Below, one piece after another: positions 1 to 9,845 of a DNA stretch of 64,000 nucleotides. Position numbers and translations under genes: made by a program. The stretch is from a virus, in the IMG/VR virus record IMGVR_UViG_3300035145_002457, positions 20,587-84,586 of that record, one strand, 5' to 3'. How positions within the stretch are numbered: the stretch's first letter is position 1; each line of letters begins with the position of its first letter. The notes under the pieces were generated by a model. It was not told where the DNA came from. It was given only the letters and a program-made list of their open reading frames with translations, and made no database searches.

Positions 1-3000
1 TATACAAAAAATGCAGGATACGTCAATCAACAAGATGTTAGAGGAATAGTTACAAATTACTCTAACATTTTAGACTTTAACTTTGTAGACATTGCCAAAA
101 ATAGTTATATTTGGGTCGGCAACGAAAATAACAATTGGAACGTATACAAACATGTTGACACTGAATATACTGTAGAAAAAATAGATAAAGGTACTGACAC
201 ATTCAAAATATATCTAACCTCAAATGCTAATAATCTTAGCAAAGGCGAAATAATTGGATTACATAGTGTATATGATTTTGTAGAATCTTTTGAAGATAGC
301 ACTGTAGAAAATGTAAAAACAACAAAATATGACTTTAGTAGTTTTTATGAGATACAAGATGTTACTAATAACATTTTAACATTAAAAACAAGCAATCCTG
401 TATTAGAAGATATACCTCAGTGTTTAGGTAGTTTAACTAAATTTATGTCTGTGAGAGCTTTGAATGTTTCAGAAGCAAATAGTATTGCACAAAATAAATT
501 ATCAGGACAAGATTTATTATGGATTGATAATGTCACAGAAAATAATGAATGGGCAGTATATAAAAATTCTAATAACTTTAGCGAACAACACCGTATTCAC
601 AATACTGATTCAGGAACTGGTTTTGATTACGGCAAAGCAATAGCATCTGATGATAGAAATACTACATTGTTGATAGGTGCTCCGGAAAATGCTGACGGAA
701 AAGTTTATGTATATAATAGACCAACAGACAAATTAACTTATACATTGACACAAGTGCTTGAACCTTTTGGTTGGGGCGATGCAGGAGAAAAATTTGGCGC
801 TAGTGTAGCACTAAGTCCGGACGGACAATATGCTATTGTAGGTTCACCTAATGCATCAAATGTCAAAACAAAATACGCTGGTGATTTTGTAGACACACAA
901 AATTACGGAAAAAATAGTATTGTAAGAAAAGATGAACAACTATGGCGAGCAGTGGTTGATATATCTGGAGCCACAGATAATATTGAATTTAGTAGTTTTA
1001 ATTCTGTAGCACAAACTATAGAACAATTAAATTTACAAACTAATAACAATTATAATATTCCTGTATTGCTTGTTGGTAACTATGCAATAGATCCAAACAA
1101 CAATCAATATGCTTTTAATAATATTCCTACAAGCCATATTTTAATAAGAGCTCCTAAGGTGCAATATGACGGAAGTGGTATTAATGATCAAATAAAAATT
1201 GCTTGGAATACAATAACGTATGCTAACCAAGATCTAAACGCACTAGAAGCAAGAGCTCCATTTAGCGGCGATCATTCACCTATAACAGATGCATTCTTAA
1301 GTTTAGAACATACGATACAAAGAAAAATTGACGCTGTACTCTATATAAATGAAACTATTGTTACACCTGATATTGGAGATACTGTAAGGACTGGTACTGC
1401 TCAAGGAACTGTAGATTATATCGCAGAAGACGGTGCAGAAACGATACTATATATAAGGGATTTAAACGGATCATTTAATTCTGCAGATAGTTTGTTTAGA
1501 ATTGATGGAGACTTTGTTGGTGAATTTATTAGACAAGCACCAGATGACACTGTTGATACTGAAGGTGTTTGGGGAGGTTTTTGGTGGATAGATACACCTC
1601 AGTATACTCCTACAGACCAAACAACAAATATAGACAAAGGTTTAGGCATTGTTTATTACGATGTTATAAGTGATAGTACACCTACAGGCAGATATTATTA
1701 TAACAGTTTAGATTATGCTACCACAGACATTAGTAGTTTAAACATACAAAATAGTTTAATTAGAACATTAACGTATAGAGGATTACCAGGTGCAGGCGGA
1801 AGTAATAGTACGTTCTTAAGTGATCTATATGTAATGAGAGCACCAAAAGCACTAACTGATTTAATATCAGCAGGTGATACTGTAAGTGTTTATGTAAACC
1901 AATTACCTCAGTATACAACAGGTGATCTTAAGGATCTTACAACTATAGGACTTACTACAACAGTTACAAATACCTCTAGACAAGTTTATGATGTTTGGGA
2001 TGGATATATTAATTTTGATTTTACAAAATTTGATGTAGAAGGAAATCCATTCGAACCAAGAGTTGGAGATATCGTAGAGGATTTGACCACAGGTGCTCAA
2101 GCTGAAGTTACTTTTTATCAAAGAGATTCTTTAGCCGCAACAATTTTTGTAAAAAATGTTACAAATAATTTTAGTGTTGGTAATGATTACGGACAAAACT
2201 CTGAAATCAAATTTTTAGGCACCCCCGGAGACCCAGACATTAATTATCAAGTTGATCGTGTAATGGGTGATATTCAAAGTGTAAGTTTAGGTTATACTCC
2301 TGCTGGCATTGGCAAATTATTGGTTTTCGAAGCACCAGCAGATATTTTGCTAAGTGCAGAACAAGAATTAATAGATATTGAGTATTGGATGTATCAAGAA
2401 GGCACAGTTTTAGGTATTCCAAGATTAGCTAATATTCCTTCTAGCGTTAATAACGAATGGGAAAATGTTTTTAAAATTCCTGCTGAATCAACAGGCACTG
2501 CAAGCGGATTGGCTAACGAAGGATTATATAATATCTATAGTAGAGCCGCGCCAGGAAGATATGACCCTATAGGGTCATATACAGTACCAGAAAAACAAGC
2601 AAACTTCTATCTAGGATCGAATGTTAAAATAACAAAAAATAATGATTTGTATAGATTAATGGTACATGCTAAAGGCACTGAAACACAATCCAATCCCGGA
2701 AGAATTTATTTTATAAAAACCGGAGAAGAAAACGGAAACACATATACTTGGGAATACGCAAAAAATAAAAATTACAAAGGGTCATTTAATGAGTCGGTAA
2801 ACTATTTCACAGGAGATATAGTCTACAGAGAAAATCCTGCGGTTACAGGCACAGGTGTGCTTTATAGTGCTAAAACTAATCTTGCACCAGGTGTTTTTAA
2901 TCCTATTGACTGGAATGTTAACGACAGTCTAGTAGATTATGTTGGATATATTCCTAATAATACAGGAAATAGTGTTGTAAATGACAGTACAGATGGAAGC

Positions 3001-6000
3001 ACAGTACTAGACCAACAGTTGTTATCTGCATTTGGTGGCGAATTTGATGTCAATAAACTTGGAGATGTAATTGTTACTACAGCGTTGTATGATAGTTCAA
3101 AACCTAACTTAATTGTTGTATACAGATTGAACAATGGATTCTTTGAAAGAGGACAACAAATACCAGCACCTGATACTACAAGCGGATTTGGACATGACGT
3201 AGCAATATCTGATGATGGCATGTATATTGCTGTATCTGCACCGTTCAATGATGATTATAAACAAGACCAAGGAAAAGTATTTATTTACAAGCAAACTAAT
3301 GGTGTGTTTGAATTATTCCAAGAGTTGCGTAGTCCTAATGATGAACGTGCAGAAAAATTTGGTTGGCGTTTACAATATGATGGAAATAAATTACATGTTA
3401 CATCAAGAAATGCAGATAGTATCAAGAAAACATCCTTTGACGGCTCAAGTTTAGGTAATGACAAACCTCAACTTACTTTTGATGGTTCATTTACAGAATT
3501 TGTTGAATATGAAAGTGACACTGGTGTAATTTATGTTTATGAAAAAACTGCACAAGGAATGTTGTATGCACAAACCGTGCAGATCCCAGATTCTGATGTA
3601 AACACATTTGGTAGAAACATTTTTGCAAAAAACAATCATTTGTATGTAGGCTTGCCAAACAAAATTGTTGATAACAGAGAAGGGCAAATTATTGACTTTA
3701 GCATGACAAACAATGTTTCAATGTGGACAGTTCACAGATCCTCTAACGAAACAGTTGATATTGACAAAATTAAAAAGATATTTTTGTATGATACAAAACA
3801 AAATGAATTACTTACATACTTAGATTATATTGATCCAATACAAGGAAAAGTTGCAGGACCAGCCGAACAAGAGTTAACCTATAAAACATATTACGATCCA
3901 GCAGTTTATTCTGCAAGCAGAGATACAAGAGCATCAAGAGATACAACATCATCATGGGGTCCTGAAAGAGTCGGTGAAGTTTGGTGGAACCTGACTAATG
4001 CTAAATTTTACAATGCATATCAAGGATCTATAGAATATGCAACTAACAATTGGAACAATGTTTTCCAAGGGAACACTATAGATATTTACGAATGGGTAGA
4101 ATCTGATGTTGTTCCTAGTGTGTACGATACTGAAGCAGATACAGAAACGGGATTTGCAAAAGGTTACAGTGGACAAAGTTTGTACGGAGATAATGCATAT
4201 AGCACAAGAAAGGTATATGATGATGTATCTCAAAGTTTCAAAACTTATTATTATTTCTGGGTAAGTGAAAGAACTATAGTTCCTGATGCAGAATTTAGAA
4301 ATATTAGTATTAAAGAAGTTAGAGAATATATTGAAGATCCTTTAACAAAAGGTCATCAGTTTGTTTCTTTGATAAGTCCAGAAAAATTTGTTCTTAACAA
4401 TTGTGACGGATTAATTAAAGGTACAGATACTGCTCTTAATGTACAGTTTTGGACTATTAAAAATCAACAACAAAATATTCACAATCAGTACCAAATTGTA
4501 AGTGAAGGTTTGGAAACAAGCCAACCAAATCCAGACATAGTTAAAAAATGGTTTGACAGTTTGATAGGTTATGATGCACAGGGTAGAGTTGTACCAGATC
4601 CTAATCTAAGCGAAAAAGAAAAATATGGAACGCTTTATAGACCAAGACAAGGTTGGTTTAAGAATAAATCTGAAGCACTAAAACAATTTATAGAACGTGT
4701 GAATTTAAAACTGAAAGAAAACATAATTGTAGATGACAAAAGTTTAAGTGCTATAGATAGTCAACAACCTATCCTTACAACTGCAAGTGGATTGTATGAT
4801 GTTCAAATTGCAACATTAAATGATATTTCTACAATTGGTACAAATACTTTAAAAACTGCAATACTTACACCTGTAATTGTTGACGGAAAAATAATTGAGG
4901 TTGTAATTTCCGATCCAGGTAAAGGATATAGAAATGCTCCTACTGTTACTGTAGCAGGAGCAGGAACAGGCGCAGAGATTTCTACAGCAATAGATTCTGC
5001 AGGAAAAATAATATCTGTAACTATAGACGAACCAGGACAAAATTACAATCAAAATACTACTCTTACTGTAAGAAATTTTGCAGTTCTAGTCACTAACGAT
5101 GAAACACTACAAGGTAAATGGAGTTTATACGAGCGTCAGATACAAGATAGTAAATGGAATAGAATTCAAAGTCAATCTTATAACACCACTTTGTTCTGGG
5201 AATATGTTGACTGGTATGCTACAGGATATAACAGTAGCACAGATATAGATTATCTAATAGACAACAGTTACCAACTTACTAGCCTAGATAATCCTATAGG
5301 ATCAATTGTCAAAATTTCTAACATAGGATCCGGTGGTTGGTTATTAATTGAAAAACAATTTGATTTTGATACCGAAGATTATACTCAAAATTACAAAACA
5401 GTTGGACGCGAAAATGGTACAATACAATTTAAAAATACTTTGTATGATACTGCGGCTGGTTACACAGGTTTTGACACAATTAGTTTCGATACAAAAATAT
5501 TTGACAGTGAACCTATAACTGAATTAAGAATTATACTTGAATCTATTAGAGATGATTTATTAATAGATGAGCTACTTGTAGAATTTAATAAACTGTTTTT
5601 CGCAGGGTTAAGATATGTATTTTCTGAACAAACTTATGTTGACTGGGCATTTAAAACTAGCTTTATAAAAGCAAAGCATAATGTTGGAAAATTGCGCGAA
5701 GATATAACATTTAACAATGATAATCTTCCTAGTTACGAATCATATGTAAAAGAAGTAAAACCATTTACAACAAAAATTAGAGAATATCTAAGTTCTTACG
5801 AAGGACTAGACGGAACACAAACAGTAACAACAGATTTTGATTTGCCTCCTTCATATAATACAATTGAAGGTAAGATACTTCCACAAAATGTGAAAGTAAA
5901 AGACAACATATTAATTGGAACAAACAGCGATTTAGAAACTTATCCTAATAAAAATTGGTTAGAAAATAGTTCCTATTCGGTCATATCAGTTAAGCCAGTT

Positions 6001-9000
6001 GATCAAGGAGAAGGTTATAGGCTTCCTCCAGAGTTAACTGTTGTAGGAGGAGGCGGTTCAGGCACAGTTCTAAAAAGTTATCTTGGAGCAAAAGGAAACG
6101 TTGTAAAGGTAGATGTACTAGTAAAAGGAAGTGGTTATTATTCTGCACCTACTATCGAAGTAAACGGAAATTTACTTGATACAGGAAGACATGCAACATT
6201 TAGTGTTCAACTAGGTGATAATCCTGTGAGGGGAATAACAACTACTATGAAATTTGATAGAACTACAGGAACTTATGTTTACACTTCTATTGATAAAACA
6301 GAAACATTCACAGCATCAGGCTCACAATTCCAATTTGATTTAAAATGGCCTGTAGATTTAAAAATTACAGATGTATCAGTAACAAAAAACAATTTAGAGC
6401 AACTTAGCAATGAATATACATTTTATAATGTTTTAGATGAAGATGCGGAATATGAAAGATATTATGGTAGAATTGAGTTTGATACTAAACCTAATATAAA
6501 TGACGTAATTGTTGTAACATACAAAATATCACCTGATTTATTCCAAGCACAAGATAGAATCAATCAATTATATTCTCCAGGCTTAGGTCAACCTGGCAAA
6601 GAATTAGGTCAGCTGATGAGCGGTATAGACTATGGCGGAGTAGAAGTAAAAAGTTTTGGATTTACACAAGGACAAGGTTGGGATTCAGATAACTGGTTTG
6701 AATCAACTTGGGATAGTTATGATAACACCTATGAAGATGAGATATTTGAGTTTGATGGCTCAACAACAGTTATAGAATTAAACAAAGCTCTTGAATCTGG
6801 TGTGGAATATCATGTTTACAAGAATAATGTAAGATTAGATGATCCTAACTACGACGGAAGCACTGTTACTTCAAACCCAAATGCAATTATGCGAAGTTTG
6901 ATTGGAGATGGTGTTACTAAAACAATGTATCTAGATGATTTCAAAGTTCAAACATATGATGAATCAGGAAATAATACAGGTGTAGTAATACAGGTAACAG
7001 ACGGTGATGTTTTAGTTATTAGAAAATCAACTAGTGATGGTACATTTTTACCAAACGAGCAAACATATGATAGCATATTGCAAGGTGGAAACCTAAATTA
7101 TTCTACAGCAACAGGTTTAGCAAGTGGAGACATCAGGATAGACGGTGATGGTTTTGTAACTCCTACCACAAGTGCTGGTCCTGAAGAACAGGTTCCAGGA
7201 CAGATTTTAGATACAGTAGATATCCAAGTTTATGAAAAACCAAAAGGAGGTTCAAGCACATTTACTTCTATGGTATACGAAACAGATGGTTCAACTCTAC
7301 GCTATAAAATAGGCACTACCCCTATTGCTAATGAAAACGTATTTGTAAAAATAGATGCAAATATTGTAACAGATTATACTATTGATTATTCTACAAGTGA
7401 AATTGTATTTGCAAGTGCGCCGAACGCTAATAGTATGTTGAACATTGTTACTATGGATGTAAGCGGTAATAAAATTTTAGATATAGACAATATTACTGCT
7501 GACGGTAGCACAGTTAGATTTATAACTTCAGTAAGATATGCAAGTAATTTACAATCTATTGTTACACTAAATGGCGAACCTGTTAATAATGCATTTGCTG
7601 AAAGCGAAGAATCTGATGGTATTGCAGGTAATGTGGTTATTAGATTTGGTACACCTCCTACACCAGGAAGTGTTATACGTTATGTGATTTTTGAAGCAAA
7701 TGAAGATGTAAAAAATTACAGTGAAGTTAATATACAGAATATTGTAGCAGATGGAAGTACAACAACGTATAATCTTTCTACAACTCCGGGAGTTGCGGAA
7801 CCTGCCTCATACAAAACTATAGTTAAAGTAGGTAACAACATATTAAATGCAGGATATACTAAGAGATATATTACAACGTCTACAAAACTAGAATATGAAG
7901 TTGATGACTTCCAATTTCCTCCTGGTACGTTGACAAAAAATAAAATAAGACTTTACCTAAACGGAAAAGAATTAGATGAAAGTCTGTATAATCTTGTTGT
8001 AAGCACAACAACAATTATTAGATTAAGAACAAATGTACAGCAACAGGATGGAGATAAATTAGATTTCTATGTACTAGATGATGGAGAATACAGATTTGGA
8101 TATTTTGAACAAGCAACTGGTATTTTTGTAAGCACTCCTAATCAAATACATTTTGATAATACATACGCAGAAGATACAAACATAACAATTTACCATTTTA
8201 CCAATCACGATTGGCAAGATATACAACGTTTGGAATTTGATGTTGTAGATAGAATAACTCTAACACCAGGTACTGAACAGTATATTAGATATTTACAAAT
8301 ACAAAATGGATTAATTGCATTAAATTCACCAGCAGTTGATGCACAATACCTTTGGGTTACGATAAACGGTGAACTTTTGATACCTAGTGTAAATTATTAT
8401 GTAACTGATAACAAACGTTATGTGAAAATAATCAGTGAAATTTCTCAAAATGATGTTGTTCAAGTGATACACTTCGCAGGAAGCACTACAAAAAATAGAT
8501 TTGGTTGGAGTCAATTCAAAGATATGATGAACAAAACACATTATAAAAGGATCACTGATTCTGATAATGTTACATTAGCAAAAGATTTGCATGAATATGA
8601 TCAAACTATAACTGTTATTAACGGACAAAATTTACCTTCTCCACCAGCAGGTTCAAGACAGCCTGCGGTAATATTCATTGAGGGTGAGCGTATAGAATAT
8701 TTTGTAAGAAACGATGATGTAATCAGTCAATTTAGAAGAGGTACTTTAGGTACAGGAGTCAAATCTGTATATCCGGCAGATACAAAAGTGTTTGATTCAG
8801 GACCAGAAAACCAAATGCCATATAAAGACGAAACACTTACTACTATATTCACAGCAGATGGCACTTCGACAACATATGAATTAGATTTTACACCTAATAG
8901 TGTAAACGATTTTGAAGTTTTTGTAGCAGGAAAAAGGTTAAGAAAAAACAGTATAAGTAGCTACAAATTTAATGATGGTCCTATTGCACTTGATAGCCCA

Positions 9001-9201
9001 GAGGGGGACGAGACTCTAGCACCTGAATTTACAATTAGCAGTAATAATTTAGTATTATTAAATGCTCCAATACTTAATACAAAGATAATTGTTGTAAGAA
9101 AACAAGGAAAAATATGGACAGATCCAGGCACAGCATTGGTAGATAGCGATTCAGACATTGCTAAATTCTTACGTGCCGCAACAGTTGACTTACCGCGATA
9201 A
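1..9201 (+). CDS. Giant virion structural protein (baseplate wedge/VrlC-like), 5'-truncated by the window edge, >3060 aa
   Basis: Frame 1 is open from base 1 (YTKNAGYVNQQDVRG...) into the listed ATG at 445. It has FG-GAP-like blades (EKFGASVALSPDGQYAIVGSP; SGFGHDVAISDDGMYIAVSAP), GxGY..AP repeats (ISDPGKGYRNAPTVTV), repeated (F/I)TADGS/T modules and a C-terminal FRRGTLGTG motif. Tail genes follow. Confidence 0.75.
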   Translation, partial: YTKNAGYVNQQDVRGIVTNYSNILDFNFVDIAKNSYIWVGNENNNWNVYKHVDTEYTVEKIDKGTDTFKIYLTSNANNLSKGEIIGLHSVYDFVESFEDSTVENVKTTKYDFSSFYEIQDVTNNILTLKTSNPVLEDIPQCLGSLTKFMSVRALNVSEANSIAQNKLSGQDLLWIDNVTENNEWAVYKNSNNFSEQHRIHNTDSGTGFDYGKAIASDDRNTTLLIGAPENADGKVYVYNRPTDKLTYTLTQVLEPFGWGDAGEKFGASVALSPDGQYAIVGSPNASNVKTKYAGDFVDTQNYGKNSIVRKDEQLWRAVVDISGATDNIEFSSFNSVAQTIEQLNLQTNNNYNIPVLLVGNYAIDPNNNQYAFNNIPTSHILIRAPKVQYDGSGINDQIKIAWNTITYANQDLNALEARAPFSGDHSPITDAFLSLEHTIQRKIDAVLYINETIVTPDIGDTVRTGTAQGTVDYIAEDGAETILYIRDLNGSFNSADSLFRIDGDFVGEFIRQAPDDTVDTEGVWGGFWWIDTPQYTPTDQTTNIDKGLGIVYYDVISDSTPTGRYYYNSLDYATTDISSLNIQNSLIRTLTYRGLPGAGGSNSTFLSDLYVMRAPKALTDLISAGDTVSVYVNQLPQYTTGDLKDLTTIGLTTTVTNTSRQVYDVWDGYINFDFTKFDVEGNPFEPRVGDIVEDLTTGAQAEVTFYQRDSLAATIFVKNVTNNFSVGNDYGQNSEIKFLGTPGDPDINYQVDRVMGDIQSVSLGYTPAGIGKLLVFEAPADILLSAEQELIDIEYWMYQEGTVLGIPRLANIPSSVNNEWENVFKIPAESTGTASGLANEGLYNIYSRAAPGRYDPIGSYTVPEKQANFYLGSNVKITKNNDLYRLMVHAKGTETQSNPGRIYFIKTGEENGNTYTWEYAKNKNYKGSFNESVNYFTGDIVYRENPAVTGTGVLYSAKTNLAPGVFNPIDWNVNDSLVDYVGYIPNNTGNSVVNDSTDGSTVLDQQLLSAFGGEFDVNKLGDVIVTTALYDSSKPNLIVVYRLNNGFFERGQQIPAPDTTSGFGHDVAISDDGMYIAVSAPFNDDYKQDQGKVFIYKQTNGVFELFQELRSPNDERAEKFGWRLQYDGNKLHVTSRNADSIKKTSFDGSSLGNDKPQLTFDGSFTEFVEYESDTGVIYVYEKTAQGMLYAQTVQIPDSDVNTFGRNIFAKNNHLYVGLPNKIVDNREGQIIDFSMTNNVSMWTVHRSSNETVDIDKIKKIFLYDTKQNELLTYLDYIDPIQGKVAGPAEQELTYKTYYDPAVYSASRDTRASRDTTSSWGPERVGEVWWNLTNAKFYNAYQGSIEYATNNWNNVFQGNTIDIYEWVESDVVPSVYDTEADTETGFAKGYSGQSLYGDNAYSTRKVYDDVSQSFKTYYYFWVSERTIVPDAEFRNISIKEVREYIEDPLTKGHQFVSLISPEKFVLNNCDGLIKGTDTALNVQFWTIKNQQQNIHNQYQIVSEGLETSQPNPDIVKKWFDSLIGYDAQGRVVPDPNLSEKEKYGTLYRPRQGWFKNKSEALKQFIERVNLKLKENIIVDDKSLSAIDSQQPILTTASGLYDVQIATLNDISTIGTNTLKTAILTPVIVDGKIIEVVISDPGKGYRNAPTVTVAGAGTGAEISTAIDSAGKIISVTIDEPGQNYNQNTTLTVRNFAVLVTNDETLQGKWSLYERQIQDSKWNRIQSQSYNTTLFWEYVDWYATGYNSSTDIDYLIDNSYQLTSLDNPIGSIVKISNIGSGGWLLIEKQFDFDTEDYTQNYKTVGRENGTIQFKNTLYDTAAGYTGFDTISFDTKIFDSEPITELRIILESIRDDLLIDELLVEFNKLFFAGLRYVFSEQTYVDWAFKTSFIKAKHNVGKLREDITFNNDNLPSYESYVKEVKPFTTKIREYLSSYEGLDGTQTVTTDFDLPPSYNTIEGKILPQNVKVKDNILIGTNSDLETYPNKNWLENSSYSVISVKPVDQGEGYRLPPELTVVGGGGSGTVLKSYLGAKGNVVKVDVLVKGSGYYSAPTIEVNGNLLDTGRHATFSVQLGDNPVRGITTTMKFDRTTGTYVYTSIDKTETFTASGSQFQFDLKWPVDLKITDVSVTKNNLEQLSNEYTFYNVLDEDAEYERYYGRIEFDTKPNINDVIVVTYKISPDLFQAQDRINQLYSPGLGQPGKELGQLMSGIDYGGVEVKSFGFTQGQGWDSDNWFESTWDSYDNTYEDEIFEFDGSTTVIELNKALESGVEYHVYKNNVRLDDPNYDGSTVTSNPNAIMRSLIGDGVTKTMYLDDFKVQTYDESGNNTGVVIQVTDGDVLVIRKSTSDGTFLPNEQTYDSILQGGNLNYSTATGLASGDIRIDGDGFVTPTTSAGPEEQVPGQILDTVDIQVYEKPKGGSSTFTSMVYETDGSTLRYKIGTTPIANENVFVKIDANIVTDYTIDYSTSEIVFASAPNANSMLNIVTMDVSGNKILDIDNITADGSTVRFITSVRYASNLQSIVTLNGEPVNNAFAESEESDGIAGNVVIRFGTPPTPGSVIRYVIFEANEDVKNYSEVNIQNIVADGSTTTYNLSTTPGVAEPASYKTIVKVGNNILNAGYTKRYITTSTKLEYEVDDFQFPPGTLTKNKIRLYLNGKELDESLYNLVVSTTTIIRLRTNVQQQDGDKLDFYVLDDGEYRFGYFEQATGIFVSTPNQIHFDNTYAEDTNITIYHFTNHDWQDIQRLEFDVVDRITLTPGTEQYIRYLQIQNGLIALNSPAVDAQYLWVTINGELLIPSVNYYVTDNKRYVKIISEISQNDVVQVIHFAGSTTKNRFGWSQFKDMMNKTHYKRITDSDNVTLAKDLHEYDQTITVINGQNLPSPPAGSRQPAVIFIEGERIEYFVRNDDVISQFRRGTLGTGVKSVYPADTKVFDSGPENQMPYKDETLTTIFTADGTSTTYELDFTPNSVNDFEVFVAGKRLRKNSISSYKFNDGPIALDSPEGDETLAPEFTISSNNLVLLNAPILNTKIIVVRKQGKIWTDPGTALVDSDSDIAKFLRAATVDLPR

Positions 9202-9204
9202 ATA
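9197..9204 (+). promoter_or_regulatory. T4-like late promoter (GATAAATA)
   Basis: Matches TATAAATA at 7/8 positions and overlaps the stop of the giant ORF. Lies upstream of an AGGA SD and the ATG at 9227. Confidence 0.55.
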
Positions 9205-9226
9205 CAACAGCAGGATGGTATAAACT

Positions 9227-9841
9227 ATGACAGATAAAATAAACGAACAAAGCGGTGTGCTACTACAAGGACACATAAAGATTCACAACCCAGAATCTGG
9301 CGAAGTTTTAGTTGACAAACGCAATGCTATTCATTATGAAAATATGAGTATAAGCCTTGCAGAAAGTCTAGGAAACGGTGGTACAGGTTGGATTTATGAA
9401 ATGGGGTTTGGTAATGGAGGAACAAGTGTAGATCCTACAGGGATTATCACATATCTCACACCTAATTCAACTGGCACAAACGCAAGTTTGTACAATGAAA
9501 CATTTACAAAAATTGTAGATGACAGAAGTGTTAACAATTTAGATCCTGCTAGAAACAAAATTGAAACACGTCATGTTAGCGGAACCAACTATACGGATAT
9601 ATTAGTCACTTGTTTATTAGATTATGGCGAACCAACAGGTCAAGATGCTTTTGATACTGCTTCAGATCAAAATAATTTATATGTATTTGATGAATTAGGC
9701 CTCAAAGCATATAGCTCTTCTGGTTCGGGAAGACTACTTACACATGTTATTTTCCATCCTGTGCAAAAATCATTAAACAGACTAATACAAATTGATTATA
9801 CTGTTAGGGTGCAAAGTTTAACAGGATTTAACGAAGGATAA
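9227..9841 (+). CDS. Putative baseplate/tail structural protein, 204 aa
   Basis: Sits between structural genes and has an SD. C-terminal FDELGL...LTHVIFHPVQKSLNRLIQIDYTVRV resembles phage baseplate/fibre-attachment proteins. Confidence 0.55.
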   Translation: MTDKINEQSGVLLQGHIKIHNPESGEVLVDKRNAIHYENMSISLAESLGNGGTGWIYEMGFGNGGTSVDPTGIITYLTPNSTGTNASLYNETFTKIVDDRSVNNLDPARNKIETRHVSGTNYTDILVTCLLDYGEPTGQDAFDTASDQNNLYVFDELGLKAYSSSGSGRLLTHVIFHPVQKSLNRLIQIDYTVRVQSLTGFNEG

Positions 9842-9845
9842 TTAG

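Noticed and set aside
445-447. ATG 445 as the start of the giant protein
   Set aside because: The frame is open from base 1 and has no SD, so the gene starts outside the window.
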